This document shows, piece by piece, positions 1 through 9,621 of a stretch of 64,000 nt of DNA (positions are counted from its first letter, which is position 1; each line of letters opens with the position of its first letter). The notes under the pieces are model-generated. The model searched no databases. It saw nothing but the letters and a program-made list of their open reading frames with translations, and was not told the DNA's origin. Position numbers and translations under genes: made by a program. This stretch comes from Pseudomonadota bacterium (GTDB taxonomy: Bacteria > Bdellovibrionota_B > Oligoflexia > Silvanigrellales > Silvanigrellaceae): positions 128,001-192,000 of the forward strand of contig JBDLRP010000039.1 in the NCBI GenBank assembly GCA_039799905.1. The letters run 5' to 3'.

Positions 1-1
1 C

Positions 2-337
2 AATGACGTTCTCAAGGACATTGAGTCCGGCAAAAAGACGGATGTTCTGAAAAGTTCTTGCCACTCCGGCACGCGAAATCACGTGCGCACCACGGCCCGT
101 CAGTTCATCACGCCCCAAATACACTTTTCCCTCGTTGGGGGTGTAGACACCGGTGATGAGGTTAAAGACGGTCGTCTTTCCCGCGCCATTCGGACCAATC
201 AAACCGACAATTTGCCCGGCTGGAACGCTCAGCGAAAACTTCTGCACGGCCACCAAACCGCCGAACTTTATCGTCAGATTGTCGGCTCGCAAAAGGATGT
301 CGGGCGCAGCGGCACTGCCGCCATTTTGAACGCTCAT
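2..337 (-). CDS. livG: Branched-chain amino acid ABC transporter ATP-binding protein (5' part, runs off window)
   Basis: Manual translation from ATG 337 gives MSVQNGG...KFGGLVAV...GLIGPNGAGKTTVFNLITG...ARTFQNIRLF (Walker A plus the LivG motif). ATGA overlap with the livM stop. Confidence 0.92.
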   Translation of the reverse strand, partial: MSVQNGGSAAAPDILLRADNLTIKFGGLVAVQKFSLSVPAGQIVGLIGPNGAGKTTVFNLITGVYTPNEGKVYLGRDELTGRGAHVISRAGVARTFQNIRLFAGLNVLENVI

Positions 338-1248
338 GACTTTCCTCCTGCAGCCACAGCTCCTACCGATGATTTTCTCTTCGGCAACAGGCGAACGATC
401 AGCGACTGCAAACCCTTGGGGCTGAACAACATGACAAAAATCACGATGAGCGCAAAGTAGATCATCCTCTGCTCACGTATTGCCTCGGGGGCAAAGCGCA
501 ACACTTCGGGAACGGCAACAAGAATCAGCGCACCGAGCACGCTGCCAAACAAACTCGTCATCCCGCCGATGACGACCGCAAGAACGATGATCACACTGCG
601 CGAGAAGTCTGCTTCATCGGGACTGATGAATTGCAGGGCATGCACATAGAGCGCGCCTGCAAGACCGGCAATCGCTGAGCCGATCACAAAAGCTGAAAGT
701 TTGCTTGAGTACGTATTAATTCCCAGACTCCGCGCGGCGATTTCATCGTCACGGGTCGCCTGAATCGCCATTCCCAGACCGGTGCGGCGGAACCTGTGCA
801 ACATCCACCAGACCAATGCAAGAACTACGAAAACCCACAGCAGGGAGCTGAGTTTGGGAATACCCGTGAACCCACGGGTGCCACCGACGGCTTCAATATT
901 TTTCAACGCTGTTCCAAGAATTTCGGCAAATCCAAGCGTTGCCATTGCAAGATAGTCACCCTGCAGACGCAGACATGGAACTGCTACCAGCAGACCGGCG
1001 AGCATTGCTGAAATGGCCCCTACGCCAAGCGAGAGAAGCATCATCACAAATGGTTGAGTGATTCCAAGCGCGGGCGCCGCATAAACCGTAAACGCTGCGG
1101 CGGAATATCCACCGACCGCGTAGAAGGCGGCATGCCCCAGCGAAAGCAGACCTGCACCACCCAGAATCAGTTGCAAACCCAGTGCCTGTATCGCAGTAAT
1201 GCCAAAAAGCATGAGCGGCAGAATGGAGTATTCAATCAGCTGTTCCAT
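334..1248 (-). CDS. livM: Branched-chain amino acid ABC transporter permease
   Basis: GLLSLGHAAFYAVGGY, LRLQGDYLAMATLGFAE and RDDEIAARSLG motifs. Start placed at MEQLIEY (1248), just past the livH stop. Confidence 0.92.
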   Translation of the reverse strand: MEQLIEYSILPLMLFGITAIQALGLQLILGGAGLLSLGHAAFYAVGGYSAAAFTVYAAPALGITQPFVMMLLSLGVGAISAMLAGLLVAVPCLRLQGDYLAMATLGFAEILGTALKNIEAVGGTRGFTGIPKLSSLLWVFVVLALVWWMLHRFRRTGLGMAIQATRDDEIAARSLGINTYSSKLSAFVIGSAIAGLAGALYVHALQFISPDEADFSRSVIIVLAVVIGGMTSLFGSVLGALILVAVPEVLRFAPEAIREQRMIYFALIVIFVMLFSPKGLQSLIVRLLPKRKSSVGAVAAGGKS

Positions 1249-1252
1249 CGCA

Positions 1253-2200
1253 TCACACCTTGACCATTCGTGCTTTGCCAAGCAGACCCTGCGGACGCAG
1301 CAGCAAAACCAAAATCAGAATAAAAAATGCCGCACCGTCCTTGTAGGTCGAGAGGTCATAGCCAACCAACAGGCGCTCTGCGATACCAAGCACAAGCCCA
1401 CCAACCAGCGCTCCCGGAATCACTCCAATTCCACCCAGAACTGCTGCTGCGAAAGCTTTCAAGCCACTTGAAATTCCCATGAAGGGCGTGACCTGATTGT
1501 CGGCCATGCCTTGCAAAAGACCAGCGACAACTGCCAAAGCGGCGCCGATGAAGAACGTCAGCGAAATGGTAAAATCGAACGGAACACCGACAAGCCGGGC
1601 CGCATTCGGCTGCAATGCCAATGCACGGATTCCGCGTCCGGGACGCGATCTTCGCAAGAACAATTCAAGACCAATGGTCACACCGACGGCAACAAGGAAA
1701 ATCAGCAAGTCGCGATGCCTGATGACCAGATCACCCCAATCAAAAAGGCCCTCTGGCAACTGCGGCAGGACGACTTCGCCACTGCCTTTGACCGCAGCCG
1801 TCAGCCAATTCGTCACCGAACTATCAGGCAACTGTGCGGGGTAACTCTGCGGGTTGGGACCAAGAATCGCCTGAACCAAATTTTGCAGCAATAAACTCAG
1901 CCCAACCGCAGTGATCAATGGAGCGAGCTTTCCCGCTCCGCGCAGGGGTTTGTAGCAGAGCCGCTCCATGATGACCGCAAACAAGCCGACAAAGGTCATT
2001 CCCAAGGCCAGCGCCATCGGCCACGGCAGGCCCAGCGAGATAGCGTACATAACGAAGTACGCGCCCACCATGAACAATTCGCCGTGGGCAAAGTTAACGA
2101 GCTGCAGCACTCCGAAAACCATCGAGTAGCCAAGAGCGATGAGTGCGTAAACGCTCCCCACCGCGAGCCCGTCGACGATGTATTGAATGAGGTCAAACAC
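1253..2200 (-). CDS. livH: Branched-chain amino acid ABC transporter permease
   Basis: GSVYALIALGYSMVFGVLQLVNFAHGELFMVG and KAFAAAVLGGIG motifs. Confidence 0.95.
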   Translation of the reverse strand: MFDLIQYIVDGLAVGSVYALIALGYSMVFGVLQLVNFAHGELFMVGAYFVMYAISLGLPWPMALALGMTFVGLFAVIMERLCYKPLRGAGKLAPLITAVGLSLLLQNLVQAILGPNPQSYPAQLPDSSVTNWLTAAVKGSGEVVLPQLPEGLFDWGDLVIRHRDLLIFLVAVGVTIGLELFLRRSRPGRGIRALALQPNAARLVGVPFDFTISLTFFIGAALAVVAGLLQGMADNQVTPFMGISSGLKAFAAAVLGGIGVIPGALVGGLVLGIAERLLVGYDLSTYKDGAAFFILILVLLLRPQGLLGKARMVKV

Positions 2201-2226
2201 CAGAACATAACCCTCAAAAATTCAGG

Positions 2227-2255
2227 GGGAAGGCCTCCAAATGGAAAGCCTTCCC
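2227..2255 (-). terminator. Intergenic hairpin between livK and livH (mRNA-stabilising element or partial terminator)
   Basis: GGGAAGGC...GCCTTCCC inverted repeat without a clear U-tract, lying right after the binding-protein gene. Confidence 0.5.
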
Positions 2256-2280
2256 GACAGTCAACTGCGACGGGTTTGAA

Positions 2281-3438
2281 TTATGGGTTGACGCGGGTCA
2301 GGAATTTGAATTCCTTTTCAGTCGTCTGAACAATCACAGCAGGCTTGACCGCATTGCGGTTCGCATCAAGCGTGATGGTTCCCGTGATACCGTCGAAGTT
2401 GCGCATGCCGGCAATCGCGTCGCGAATCTTGCTTGGGTCGTTCGAGCCTGCCTTTTTAACAGCGGCGCGCATGAAGAAACCGGCGTCATAACCAAGGGCT
2501 GCCATAGCTCCAGGGTTTTCCTTGTTGCGGGTCTTGTACTCTTTCACAAACTCCTGAACGCGCGGATCGGTGTCGTCGGCAGCGAAGTGACTTGAAACGT
2601 AATGGCCTGTGGCTGCTGCAGGGCCGGCAATCTTGAACAGGTCAGGACTATCCCATCCATCTGTTCCGAGGAACTTGGTATTGAGCTTCAGCTCTTTTGC
2701 CTGACGCAGAATTGAACCCACCTGTGTGTAGTACCCGGGGATAAAGACAACGTCCGGCGCTGCCTTGCGCACCTTGATGAGCTGAGTTTTGAAGTCGCGG
2801 TCTTTTTGCGAATAAGAAATGACCAAATCGTCTTTGATGGTCCCGCCTGCCGCAATAAATGCCTTCTTGAATGAATCACGCAGTCCGCGGCTGTAATCGG
2901 AGTCGGAGTCAACCAAAATGGCAGCCGTCTTGGCCTTGAGAGTTGTGGTCGCAAATTTCGCCATCACCGCACCTTGAAAACTGTCGACAAAACAGATGCG
3001 CGAAATGAAATCCTTGCCTGCTGTGATCGTGTCGTTGGTCGACGCGTGGGTCATCAGCGGAATTTTTGCTGACTGAGCAGCGGTCGACGCAGCAATCGTG
3101 TTTGAGCTGGCAACTTCGCCGATGATCACATTGACCTTGTCAGTCGAAATGAGCTTGTTGACGGCGGCAGCCGACCCCGACGGAGTCCCTTGGGTGTCTT
3201 CGACCTGAAGCTTGACCTGCGGTGCGTCCTTGCCGGCTTTTTCAAGAGCGAGCTTGAGCCCGTTGAGTGATTCCTGGCCGAAGGTGGCTTTGTCACCTGT
3301 CAGGGGCAAGATGACCCCAACTTTAACTTCACCAGCCGCAGCACTTGCCAAAGAAGAAATTCCCAGACCAAGCGAGCAGAGAGCGGCTGACAAAACTGTA
3401 AGTGCAACGCGGCGCGACGGATGACTGTGCATGGTCAT
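2281..3438 (-). CDS. livK: Branched-chain amino acid ABC transporter substrate-binding protein
   Basis: Signal peptide, VKVGVILPLTG, IIGEVASS and LGTDGWD motifs. AGGAG lies upstream of ATG 3438. First gene of the liv cluster. Confidence 0.9.
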   Translation of the reverse strand: MTMHSHPSRRVALTVLSAALCSLGLGISSLASAAAGEVKVGVILPLTGDKATFGQESLNGLKLALEKAGKDAPQVKLQVEDTQGTPSGSAAAVNKLISTDKVNVIIGEVASSNTIAASTAAQSAKIPLMTHASTNDTITAGKDFISRICFVDSFQGAVMAKFATTTLKAKTAAILVDSDSDYSRGLRDSFKKAFIAAGGTIKDDLVISYSQKDRDFKTQLIKVRKAAPDVVFIPGYYTQVGSILRQAKELKLNTKFLGTDGWDSPDLFKIAGPAAATGHYVSSHFAADDTDPRVQEFVKEYKTRNKENPGAMAALGYDAGFFMRAAVKKAGSNDPSKIRDAIAGMRNFDGITGTITLDANRNAVKPAVIVQTTEKEFKFLTRVNP

Positions 3439-3576
3439 GGGAACTCCTGTGTGGCCCTGGTAATGTTCCGTAGGGCAGAACTCTGGTTTATGAACATGAA
3501 GACCTATCTGGTATGTCACCAGAGTCGGGAAATTTCAAGTGACTCAACACCGGACTGCACGCCAGAGGGGCATCCA

Positions 3577-5433
3577 ATGCGCATTTGTATCGCACAAACC
3601 CGTATCAAAGCCGCAGCACCTGAAGACAACTTCGCCGAAATCGAAAAAGCAATCGCGCAGGCACACTCAGAACAGGCAGACGTGATCATTCTCCCAGAGA
3701 TGGCATTGCCGGGATACTTTGTCGGCGACGGTTGGGAACGTCCCGCGTTCATCCAAAAGTGCGAGGATTTCAATCACCGCATTGCAGCACTGAGTGGCGA
3801 TGCGGTGGTGATTTTTGGCAGTGTCGCAACAGATCCGCGCGCACGCAATGAAGACGGCCGATTGCGAAAATTCAACGCGGCGCTTATCGCCCAGAATGGA
3901 AAATTGCTTAATAATCCCTGTATCGGCATGCCGTTTTGGCCAAAAACTTTGATGCCCAACTACCGTGAATTCGACGACTCGCGGCACTTTTTTGATACGC
4001 GCAAGCTGGCGGCCGAGCGCCAACAAAGCATTCAATCTCTGCTTAAGCTCTTTACGCTCACACTGCGCAACGGCCAGACTCTGCGGCTTGCGCTCGGCAT
4101 CTGTGAGGACGCATGGTCAGACGACTACCCGCTCAATCCCTACGAACTCATGAGCTCCCACGGCGAAAAACCGGATTTAATGGTGAATATCAGTTGCTCA
4201 CCATTCACACTTGGAAAACACGCTCGAAGAAAGAAGCTCTTTGCCGGACTGAGTAACAAATTTTCCTGTCCAGTGGTTTACGTGAACGCCGTCGGCTCGC
4301 AGAATGTCGGCAAAACTATCTTCACTTTTGACGGTGACAGCGGAGTTTACACGCCCTCCGGATTTCATGGCATTGCACCAGCGTTTGCAGCCGCAACGCG
4401 CACGCTCGACCTGCAGTCGGTCGCAAACACGACCATCGCAGATGAACGCCCGTTGTCCGAAAGTTCCGCACGCAACGAAGAATTGCTGACTGCGCTTGAG
4501 GCCGGTCTTTCCTTTGTCAAAGATGAGTGGAAGCTCGAAAAGGTTGTCATCGGTGTGAGCGGCGGCATCGACTCCGCCCTGTCTGCGGTTTTGCATGCAC
4601 GAGTCTTTGGTGCGCAAAATGTTTTCTGCGTGAACATGCCGTCGCGCTTCAATTCACAGCTTACGATTGGTGCGGCGCAAAAATTAGCAAAAAATCTTGG
4701 CTGTTCTTTCGCATCGCTCAGTATCGAGGAATCCGTCCAACTCACCCTCAACCAACTCGACGATGCCCGACAGCAGGGTTTACCCTTGCCGAGCCTACTC
4801 AATCCGCTCGTTGCAGAAAATATTCAGGCGCGCGACCGCGGATCGCGGATTCTCTCGGCAACCGCATCCGCTCTTGGAGCGGTTTTCCCCTGCAACGCAA
4901 ACAAGTCGGAAACGACCGTGGGATATTCGACCCTGTATGGCGATCACGCGGGCTATCTCGCACCCATCGCTGACCTATGGAAGAGCGATGTGTATGGCCT
5001 CGCGAATTTCTACAACCAAGAAATTTTTTCTCGCGAAGTCATTCCGGCAGAAACAATGCAGGTCATCCCGAGTGCCGAGCTCTCTGCGGAGCAAGACGTC
5101 GCGCAGGGCAAGGGTGACCCGCTCTGCTATCCCTACCACGATGCGTTGTTCAGACTCTGGGTCGAAGAATGGAACCGTTTTGACTTCGACAGCACGCTTG
5201 CAGCCTATGATGACGGTACGCTGAAAAATCGACTCTCTGATGAAGCTGTTCAGCATCTGAATCGGCTCTTTCCGACGCGGGAAGAATTCAAGTCTGATCT
5301 CAAACGCTGGTGGAATGCCTACACCGGCATGGGTGCATTCAAGCGAGTTCAGGCTCCTCCTGTTCTGGCAATCACGCGCCGCTCTTTTGGATTCGACCAC
5401 CGCGAATGCGTGGGCTTTCCCAGACAGTTGTAG
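3577..5433 (+). CDS. nadE: Glutamine-dependent NAD+ synthetase
   Basis: Nitrilase triad motifs LPEM, PKTLMPNYREFD and ICEDAW. Synthetase motifs GVSGGIDS, ENIQARDRG, NKSE, GYSTLYGD and PSAEL. Confidence 0.95.
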   Translation: MRICIAQTRIKAAAPEDNFAEIEKAIAQAHSEQADVIILPEMALPGYFVGDGWERPAFIQKCEDFNHRIAALSGDAVVIFGSVATDPRARNEDGRLRKFNAALIAQNGKLLNNPCIGMPFWPKTLMPNYREFDDSRHFFDTRKLAAERQQSIQSLLKLFTLTLRNGQTLRLALGICEDAWSDDYPLNPYELMSSHGEKPDLMVNISCSPFTLGKHARRKKLFAGLSNKFSCPVVYVNAVGSQNVGKTIFTFDGDSGVYTPSGFHGIAPAFAAATRTLDLQSVANTTIADERPLSESSARNEELLTALEAGLSFVKDEWKLEKVVIGVSGGIDSALSAVLHARVFGAQNVFCVNMPSRFNSQLTIGAAQKLAKNLGCSFASLSIEESVQLTLNQLDDARQQGLPLPSLLNPLVAENIQARDRGSRILSATASALGAVFPCNANKSETTVGYSTLYGDHAGYLAPIADLWKSDVYGLANFYNQEIFSREVIPAETMQVIPSAELSAEQDVAQGKGDPLCYPYHDALFRLWVEEWNRFDFDSTLAAYDDGTLKNRLSDEAVQHLNRLFPTREEFKSDLKRWWNAYTGMGAFKRVQAPPVLAITRRSFGFDHRECVGFPRQL

Positions 5434-5484
5434 CAGCATGTCAAAAAACCTTAATTGACGCCTATAAGTCACTCGTCAGACAAT

Positions 5485-5516
5485 CTCCTCAGGTTGAATA
5501 TTTTCAACCTGAGGAG
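5485..5516 (+). promoter_or_regulatory. Perfect 14-bp hairpin sequestering the Shine-Dalgarno of the downstream gene
   Basis: CTCCTCAGGTTGAA-TATT-TTCAACCTGAGGAG. The 3' arm contains GAGGAG, ahead of ATG 5523. Confidence 0.7.
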
Positions 5517-5522
5517 GAAATC

Positions 5523-5984
5523 ATGCTGACAAAAATTTCGCTCGGTGTCGCGGCTGTCATGGTCTCAAGCGCGTGCGTAAAGAATCAATATGATTTACAA
5601 ATGCGTCTCCTCTCGGAGGGCAAGGAAATTTCCGCCCCGCGTGTGACTGTTCGAGAGGGCGAGAAGGCGACCATCATTGAAGAATCAGCCAATAAAAAGA
5701 CACAAATCGATGTTCTCGCAAAAGAACTACAAAACTCGATTGCTCTTGATGTGAACGTGCGCACCAGCGAAACCGGTCAGACGGGCAGCCTTGTGCATAC
5801 CGGAAGTTTTTTGATTAATGTTACGCCGAATGAAAAAGCACAGATAAACTTCAACAAAGATCAGACGGATAGTGCGAAGTTCATTTCCACCCTTGAGATC
5901 ACCGCGAAAAAGAGAGAAACAGCACCTCAGCTCACGACGGCAGGAAATTCAACTCTGACCAGAAGGGTGAATGATTTGAAGTAA
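5523..5984 (+). CDS. Hypothetical lipoprotein
   Basis: Strong GAGGAGG SD. Lipoprotein-type signal MLTKISLGVAAVMVSSAC, followed by a beta-rich body (ISAPRVTVREGEKATI). Confidence 0.7.
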   Translation: MLTKISLGVAAVMVSSACVKNQYDLQMRLLSEGKEISAPRVTVREGEKATIIEESANKKTQIDVLAKELQNSIALDVNVRTSETGQTGSLVHTGSFLINVTPNEKAQINFNKDQTDSAKFISTLEITAKKRETAPQLTTAGNSTLTRRVNDLK

Positions 5985-5988
5985 TCAT

Positions 5989-6261
5989 TCACCGGCGCGG
6001 AAAATATTTCTTCAGCAGATCGTTGTCTTTTTTCCATACGCGGCTGCCGCGCGTGACCGTGGCGATACCCACACGCAGCTTCTCCGAAATTTCTCGCTGC
6101 GGCACGCCCTGAGCCAACCCGTCGAGAATTTCGAGACGCTGCACAAGTGCTTCAATTTCAGACGGCGTCAGCAATGATCTGAGAAGATTCATTGAATCAT
6201 CAAGATTTGCGCGGCGAATAAATTGAGTGAGTGCTGAAATGGAAGGTTCAGTGGCGTCCAT
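5989..6261 (-). CDS. trpR: TrpR/YerC-YecD family repressor
   Basis: LLTPSEIEALVQR and PQREISEKLRVGIATVTRGSR match the Trp repressor HTH signature. Confidence 0.8.
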   Translation of the reverse strand: MDATEPSISALTQFIRRANLDDSMNLLRSLLTPSEIEALVQRLEILDGLAQGVPQREISEKLRVGIATVTRGSRVWKKDNDLLKKYFPRR

Positions 6262-6352
6262 GGTCTCTCCGGCGATGTCGTTTGAGCGGGGACCATGCCA
6301 AAGCCTGCGCTCGGCTCACAAGCCATTGTACGGAAATTTCGGCAGATTGAAC

Positions 6353-7189
6353 TCAGCCTGCCTTGGGGGGCAGTTCGACAGGACGCACTTCGGTTGCAGC
6401 GTCCGCCACAAGGGCGGCTTCCGACAGGTGGTCAGGCTGCGAACGCGACACATAGCACACCGTATCCACGTAAGTGACGACGTTCTTCAGGAAATGCCGG
6501 CGGGCGCGGACAACACATTTGTTTCGCGAAATATCCAGATTCAGCACCGGATCGCGGGCCTCACCGCGGCGGTAGATCTTGAGGCGAAGAAAATCGACCT
6601 TTGGATCGGGGTCAAATTCAATCACAGCGGCTTTGAACTCATCCCACTGGTACTTGTGCTCGCGGAATCGAGTACAGACGCGTAGTCCCGTCAATCCGAC
6701 CATGATTCGCTTGATGCCCGTCATCTGGATGACCGCAAGCCACAAAGACGGAAGCAAAACGAGAAAGAAGAATGACAAAGCCATCGCCATAACTTCGTTT
6801 GCATTGGAGAAGTTCACCTGCGAACTCGAAATGAGGAAGAGCGCGCAGCCCATGAGTCCTACGATAGACACCCACAACTGACTGCCAGGAAAGGCATAGT
6901 ACCAGCGCCCCTCGGAGGTCAGCTCACTAAACAAGACCGCCTCACGCTCTTCGCTCGCACGCTGTTCGATTTCCTGCACAACTTCATCTGTTGGATTGGG
7001 AAGCTGGGAGAGCGCAATCAGAGCCTGATAGGATTCTTCAAAGCGTCCCCAAGAATCAAGGATTTTGGCCTTCATTCTCAGAGCTTCGGGATTGCGTGGC
7101 GCCAGATCCAGCAGGTTGTCCAGAATCTGGAGTGCACCCTGCCCGTCGCCCGCGTCGTAAAGTTTTCGCGCTTCATTTACATGCTTCAT
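6353..7189 (-). CDS. TPR-containing membrane protein (TPR, 2 TM, PH-like tail)
   Basis: TPR-like ALQILDNLLDLAPRNPEALRMKAKIL, two hydrophobic segments, then a beta-rich ...YQWDEF tail. Start at MKHVNEA. Confidence 0.7.
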   Translation of the reverse strand: MKHVNEARKLYDAGDGQGALQILDNLLDLAPRNPEALRMKAKILDSWGRFEESYQALIALSQLPNPTDEVVQEIEQRASEEREAVLFSELTSEGRWYYAFPGSQLWVSIVGLMGCALFLISSSQVNFSNANEVMAMALSFFFLVLLPSLWLAVIQMTGIKRIMVGLTGLRVCTRFREHKYQWDEFKAAVIEFDPDPKVDFLRLKIYRRGEARDPVLNLDISRNKCVVRARRHFLKNVVTYVDTVCYVSRSQPDHLSEAALVADAATEVRPVELPPKAG

Positions 7190-7236
7190 AAAGCCTGTTT
7201 CGGCGAAAACTGGGGAATTATGAGCATCCAACAGCC

Positions 7237-7277
7237 ACGAAAATGCCGCCGAGCCAAGCGGCTGGCGGCATTTTCGT
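7237..7277 (-). terminator. Intrinsic terminator downstream of rplI
   Basis: ACGAAAATGCCGCC...GGCGGCATTTTCGT, a 14-bp inverted repeat about 30 nt after the rplI stop. Confidence 0.7.
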
Positions 7278-7308
7278 AGAAAAACAAGGAAACTCAAAAT
7301 CTTGAGGA

Positions 7309-7755
7309 TTAACCCTGTGCAACAACCCAGATCTTGAATTCAGCTGCAACTTCTGGGTGGAGTTTGACCGAACCACGGTACACGCCGACGCGTTTGATGT
7401 CGTCGAGGATGCTGATGGCGCGACGGTCGAACTCAAAACCTTCAGCCTTGAATGCCTCAGCGAGCTCTTGAGTCGTGACAGTTCCGAAGATTTTGTCCTC
7501 TTCACCGACAGCCTTTTGAACGGTCAGCGAAACTGAGCCGATTTGAGCAGCCAGCTCTTTTGCTGTGGCGAGAGCCTTGGCTTTGCCAAGCTCAGCCAAG
7601 CGCAGCTGGTGGTCCAGCTGTGACTTGTTTCGGGCATCCGCGAGGATTGCCATCTTGCGTGGAAACAAGAAGTTACGGGCATAGCCAGCCTTGACCTTCA
7701 CAAGGTCACCGATATGGCCAAGGTTTGGGACGTTTTGTTGAAGAAGAACCTGCAT
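7309..7755 (-). CDS. rplI: 50S ribosomal protein L9
   Basis: MQVLLQQNVPNLGHIGDLVKVKAGYARNFLFP, KIFGTVT and VKLHPEV. Confidence 0.98.
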   Translation of the reverse strand: MQVLLQQNVPNLGHIGDLVKVKAGYARNFLFPRKMAILADARNKSQLDHQLRLAELGKAKALATAKELAAQIGSVSLTVQKAVGEEDKIFGTVTTQELAEAFKAEGFEFDRRAISILDDIKRVGVYRGSVKLHPEVAAEFKIWVVAQG

Positions 7756-7808
7756 GAGTTTGACCTCGGTCGTGAATCGTCGTCTATCCGAAAAACGGAA
7801 ACATCCGC

Positions 7809-9149
7809 CTACACCGCATTTTTGGTTTTGGCAAGCCGCTTTCTAAAATCATATGCATTATCGAGCAAGCCGAGCACCGCAAGAAGAGCGACCAGAGTCA
7901 GAGCTCCCCCCTGCAAGCCGCTCACCAACAGCAGAACCACAAAGATGACTGCAAGTGCGGGCAATGGCCTGACGCGCGCGTGAATCACCAATGCCCCTTG
8001 CACAGCAAGTGCGGTGAGTGTCCCGAGTGCGAAGAGCGCAGCCCAGACCAACCACTCACCCAGCGGCGCTGCTGGCCACCAGTCTGCAGGCAATGCATCG
8101 GTCTTCCATAGGCTTGCCACGTATACCAATAGAGCCAATGCAGGCAGCGAGGCCCAAAGCGGAACAGCGAACTCACGCGTGTTCCAGCCCTTCCCGCTTG
8201 TGAAATTGAATCTGAAGCCAAGAACGTCGGTGGCTCTTCCGGGGGTCGGCTCGCGCAGGAATTTGCGCAGGAAAACACTGAAGCCTGAAGAGGCTGCCCG
8301 AGGCACGGCGGAAGGGACCTTCTCGTGCCCTTCGATACCAACTCCCAGCGTCCCAGCCTCTCCCCGCAGCCTTTTGCCGGCAGCGAGCCCGCTGAGATTT
8401 TCTTGCGTTTGCTCAAGCAAATCGACCATCTGCTTGGGAAACTCGCCTGTTCTCTGCAGCACGTAGGCGATGACACCGCGAATGCGCTCTGCCTGAGAAA
8501 AGGCAACATCGATCAGCACTACAGTACCCAGCAACGATGCCAAGATCGACACCGACAACGCGCCGCTTTCGCCAAAGAGAAGTAAGGCAAGTCGCTGCCA
8601 GTCGGCGAAGTCGACAAACTTTTGCAGAACTTCGAGAAACTGCGATGACGCAAGCTGTTCGAACATCTGCTCCTTGTTGAGCCCCTGCCGTTCGGGAAGA
8701 CGGTTCAGTTCTGCCTTGACCCATTCGCGCACGTTAATTCCTCGCGGAATCTGCAGCAAACCGCTGACGAAGAACACAACTGGCAGGGCAAGCACACCCG
8801 TCGCAATCCAAACTGGTTTGTTGCGAGACCTGATCACCAACACAATCGCAAGCAGGGGCGCACTGAACAACCCCGTCATTCCGGCCATTGCAAAAGCCGG
8901 AGCCTGAAGAACTATGCCGAGCGCATACAGCGAAAAGGAAACCGCGGTGAGAAGAAAAATCGAGGTTCTGACGCGCAGAACCGAGGCCACCTGCGCCACG
9001 TGATAAGCGGCGAGCGGCAGAACAAAGGCCAAAAGGCTTATCGCAATCAGGATTCCCGTGAAGAGAAGACCCGCGGAACGCTTCTGCGCCGCGGGCCTTT
9101 GCTGGGGATTTCCTGATGGGATCTGCTTCCAATCGGGAATTTGATTCAT
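7809..9149 (-). CDS. Multi-pass membrane protein, probably DUF2232/YybS-like
   Basis: About 9-10 hydrophobic segments and a C-terminal LGLLDNAYDFRKR resembling the DUF2232 'G..D...DFR' end. Sits between rpsF and rplI, the usual position for this family. Confidence 0.65.
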   Translation of the reverse strand: MNQIPDWKQIPSGNPQQRPAAQKRSAGLLFTGILIAISLLAFVLPLAAYHVAQVASVLRVRTSIFLLTAVSFSLYALGIVLQAPAFAMAGMTGLFSAPLLAIVLVIRSRNKPVWIATGVLALPVVFFVSGLLQIPRGINVREWVKAELNRLPERQGLNKEQMFEQLASSQFLEVLQKFVDFADWQRLALLLFGESGALSVSILASLLGTVVLIDVAFSQAERIRGVIAYVLQRTGEFPKQMVDLLEQTQENLSGLAAGKRLRGEAGTLGVGIEGHEKVPSAVPRAASSGFSVFLRKFLREPTPGRATDVLGFRFNFTSGKGWNTREFAVPLWASLPALALLVYVASLWKTDALPADWWPAAPLGEWLVWAALFALGTLTALAVQGALVIHARVRPLPALAVIFVVLLLVSGLQGGALTLVALLAVLGLLDNAYDFRKRLAKTKNAV

Positions 9150-9190
9150 GCTGAACGTCTCTCAGAGTTAGCCAGCAGGACGAAGGGCAA

Positions 9191-9613
9191 TCACTCTTCG
9201 TCACGTCCGCCGCGGCGAGCCGACATGGAGTCGCCTTCAGCGCGCTCGCGAGCCTGTTCAGCTGCTCTTGTCGCAGCCGCTTCAGCCTGCTTCTGCAGCT
9301 CAACACGGCGAGCTTCGATGTTGACCTTGTCGGCCAGCTTGATGATGAGGCTGCGCAGGACGTTTTCGTCCAGCTTCAGGATACGCTCGAGCTCGCGCGC
9401 GTTGACTTGCTCGGTCGCAACGTCAAACACATGGTACACGCCGCGTGTCACCTTGTTGATGGGATACGCGAGCTTACGCACGCCCCATGTATCCTTGCGG
9501 ATGATTTGACCGCCATTGTTGGCGATAATACCTTCCCAGCGGGTCAGCATTTTGCTGAGCTCTGCTTCTGGAAGGTCAGGTTTGGTGATGATCATTGCTT
9601 CGTATTCGCGCAT
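9191..9613 (-). CDS. rpsF: 30S ribosomal protein S6
   Basis: MREYEAMIITKPDL, WGVRKLAYPINK and LKLDENVLRSL. AAGGAG SD before ATG 9613. Confidence 0.97.
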   Translation of the reverse strand: MREYEAMIITKPDLPEAELSKMLTRWEGIIANNGGQIIRKDTWGVRKLAYPINKVTRGVYHVFDVATEQVNARELERILKLDENVLRSLIIKLADKVNIEARRVELQKQAEAAATRAAEQARERAEGDSMSARRGGRDEE

Positions 9614-9621
9614 TTCAAAAA

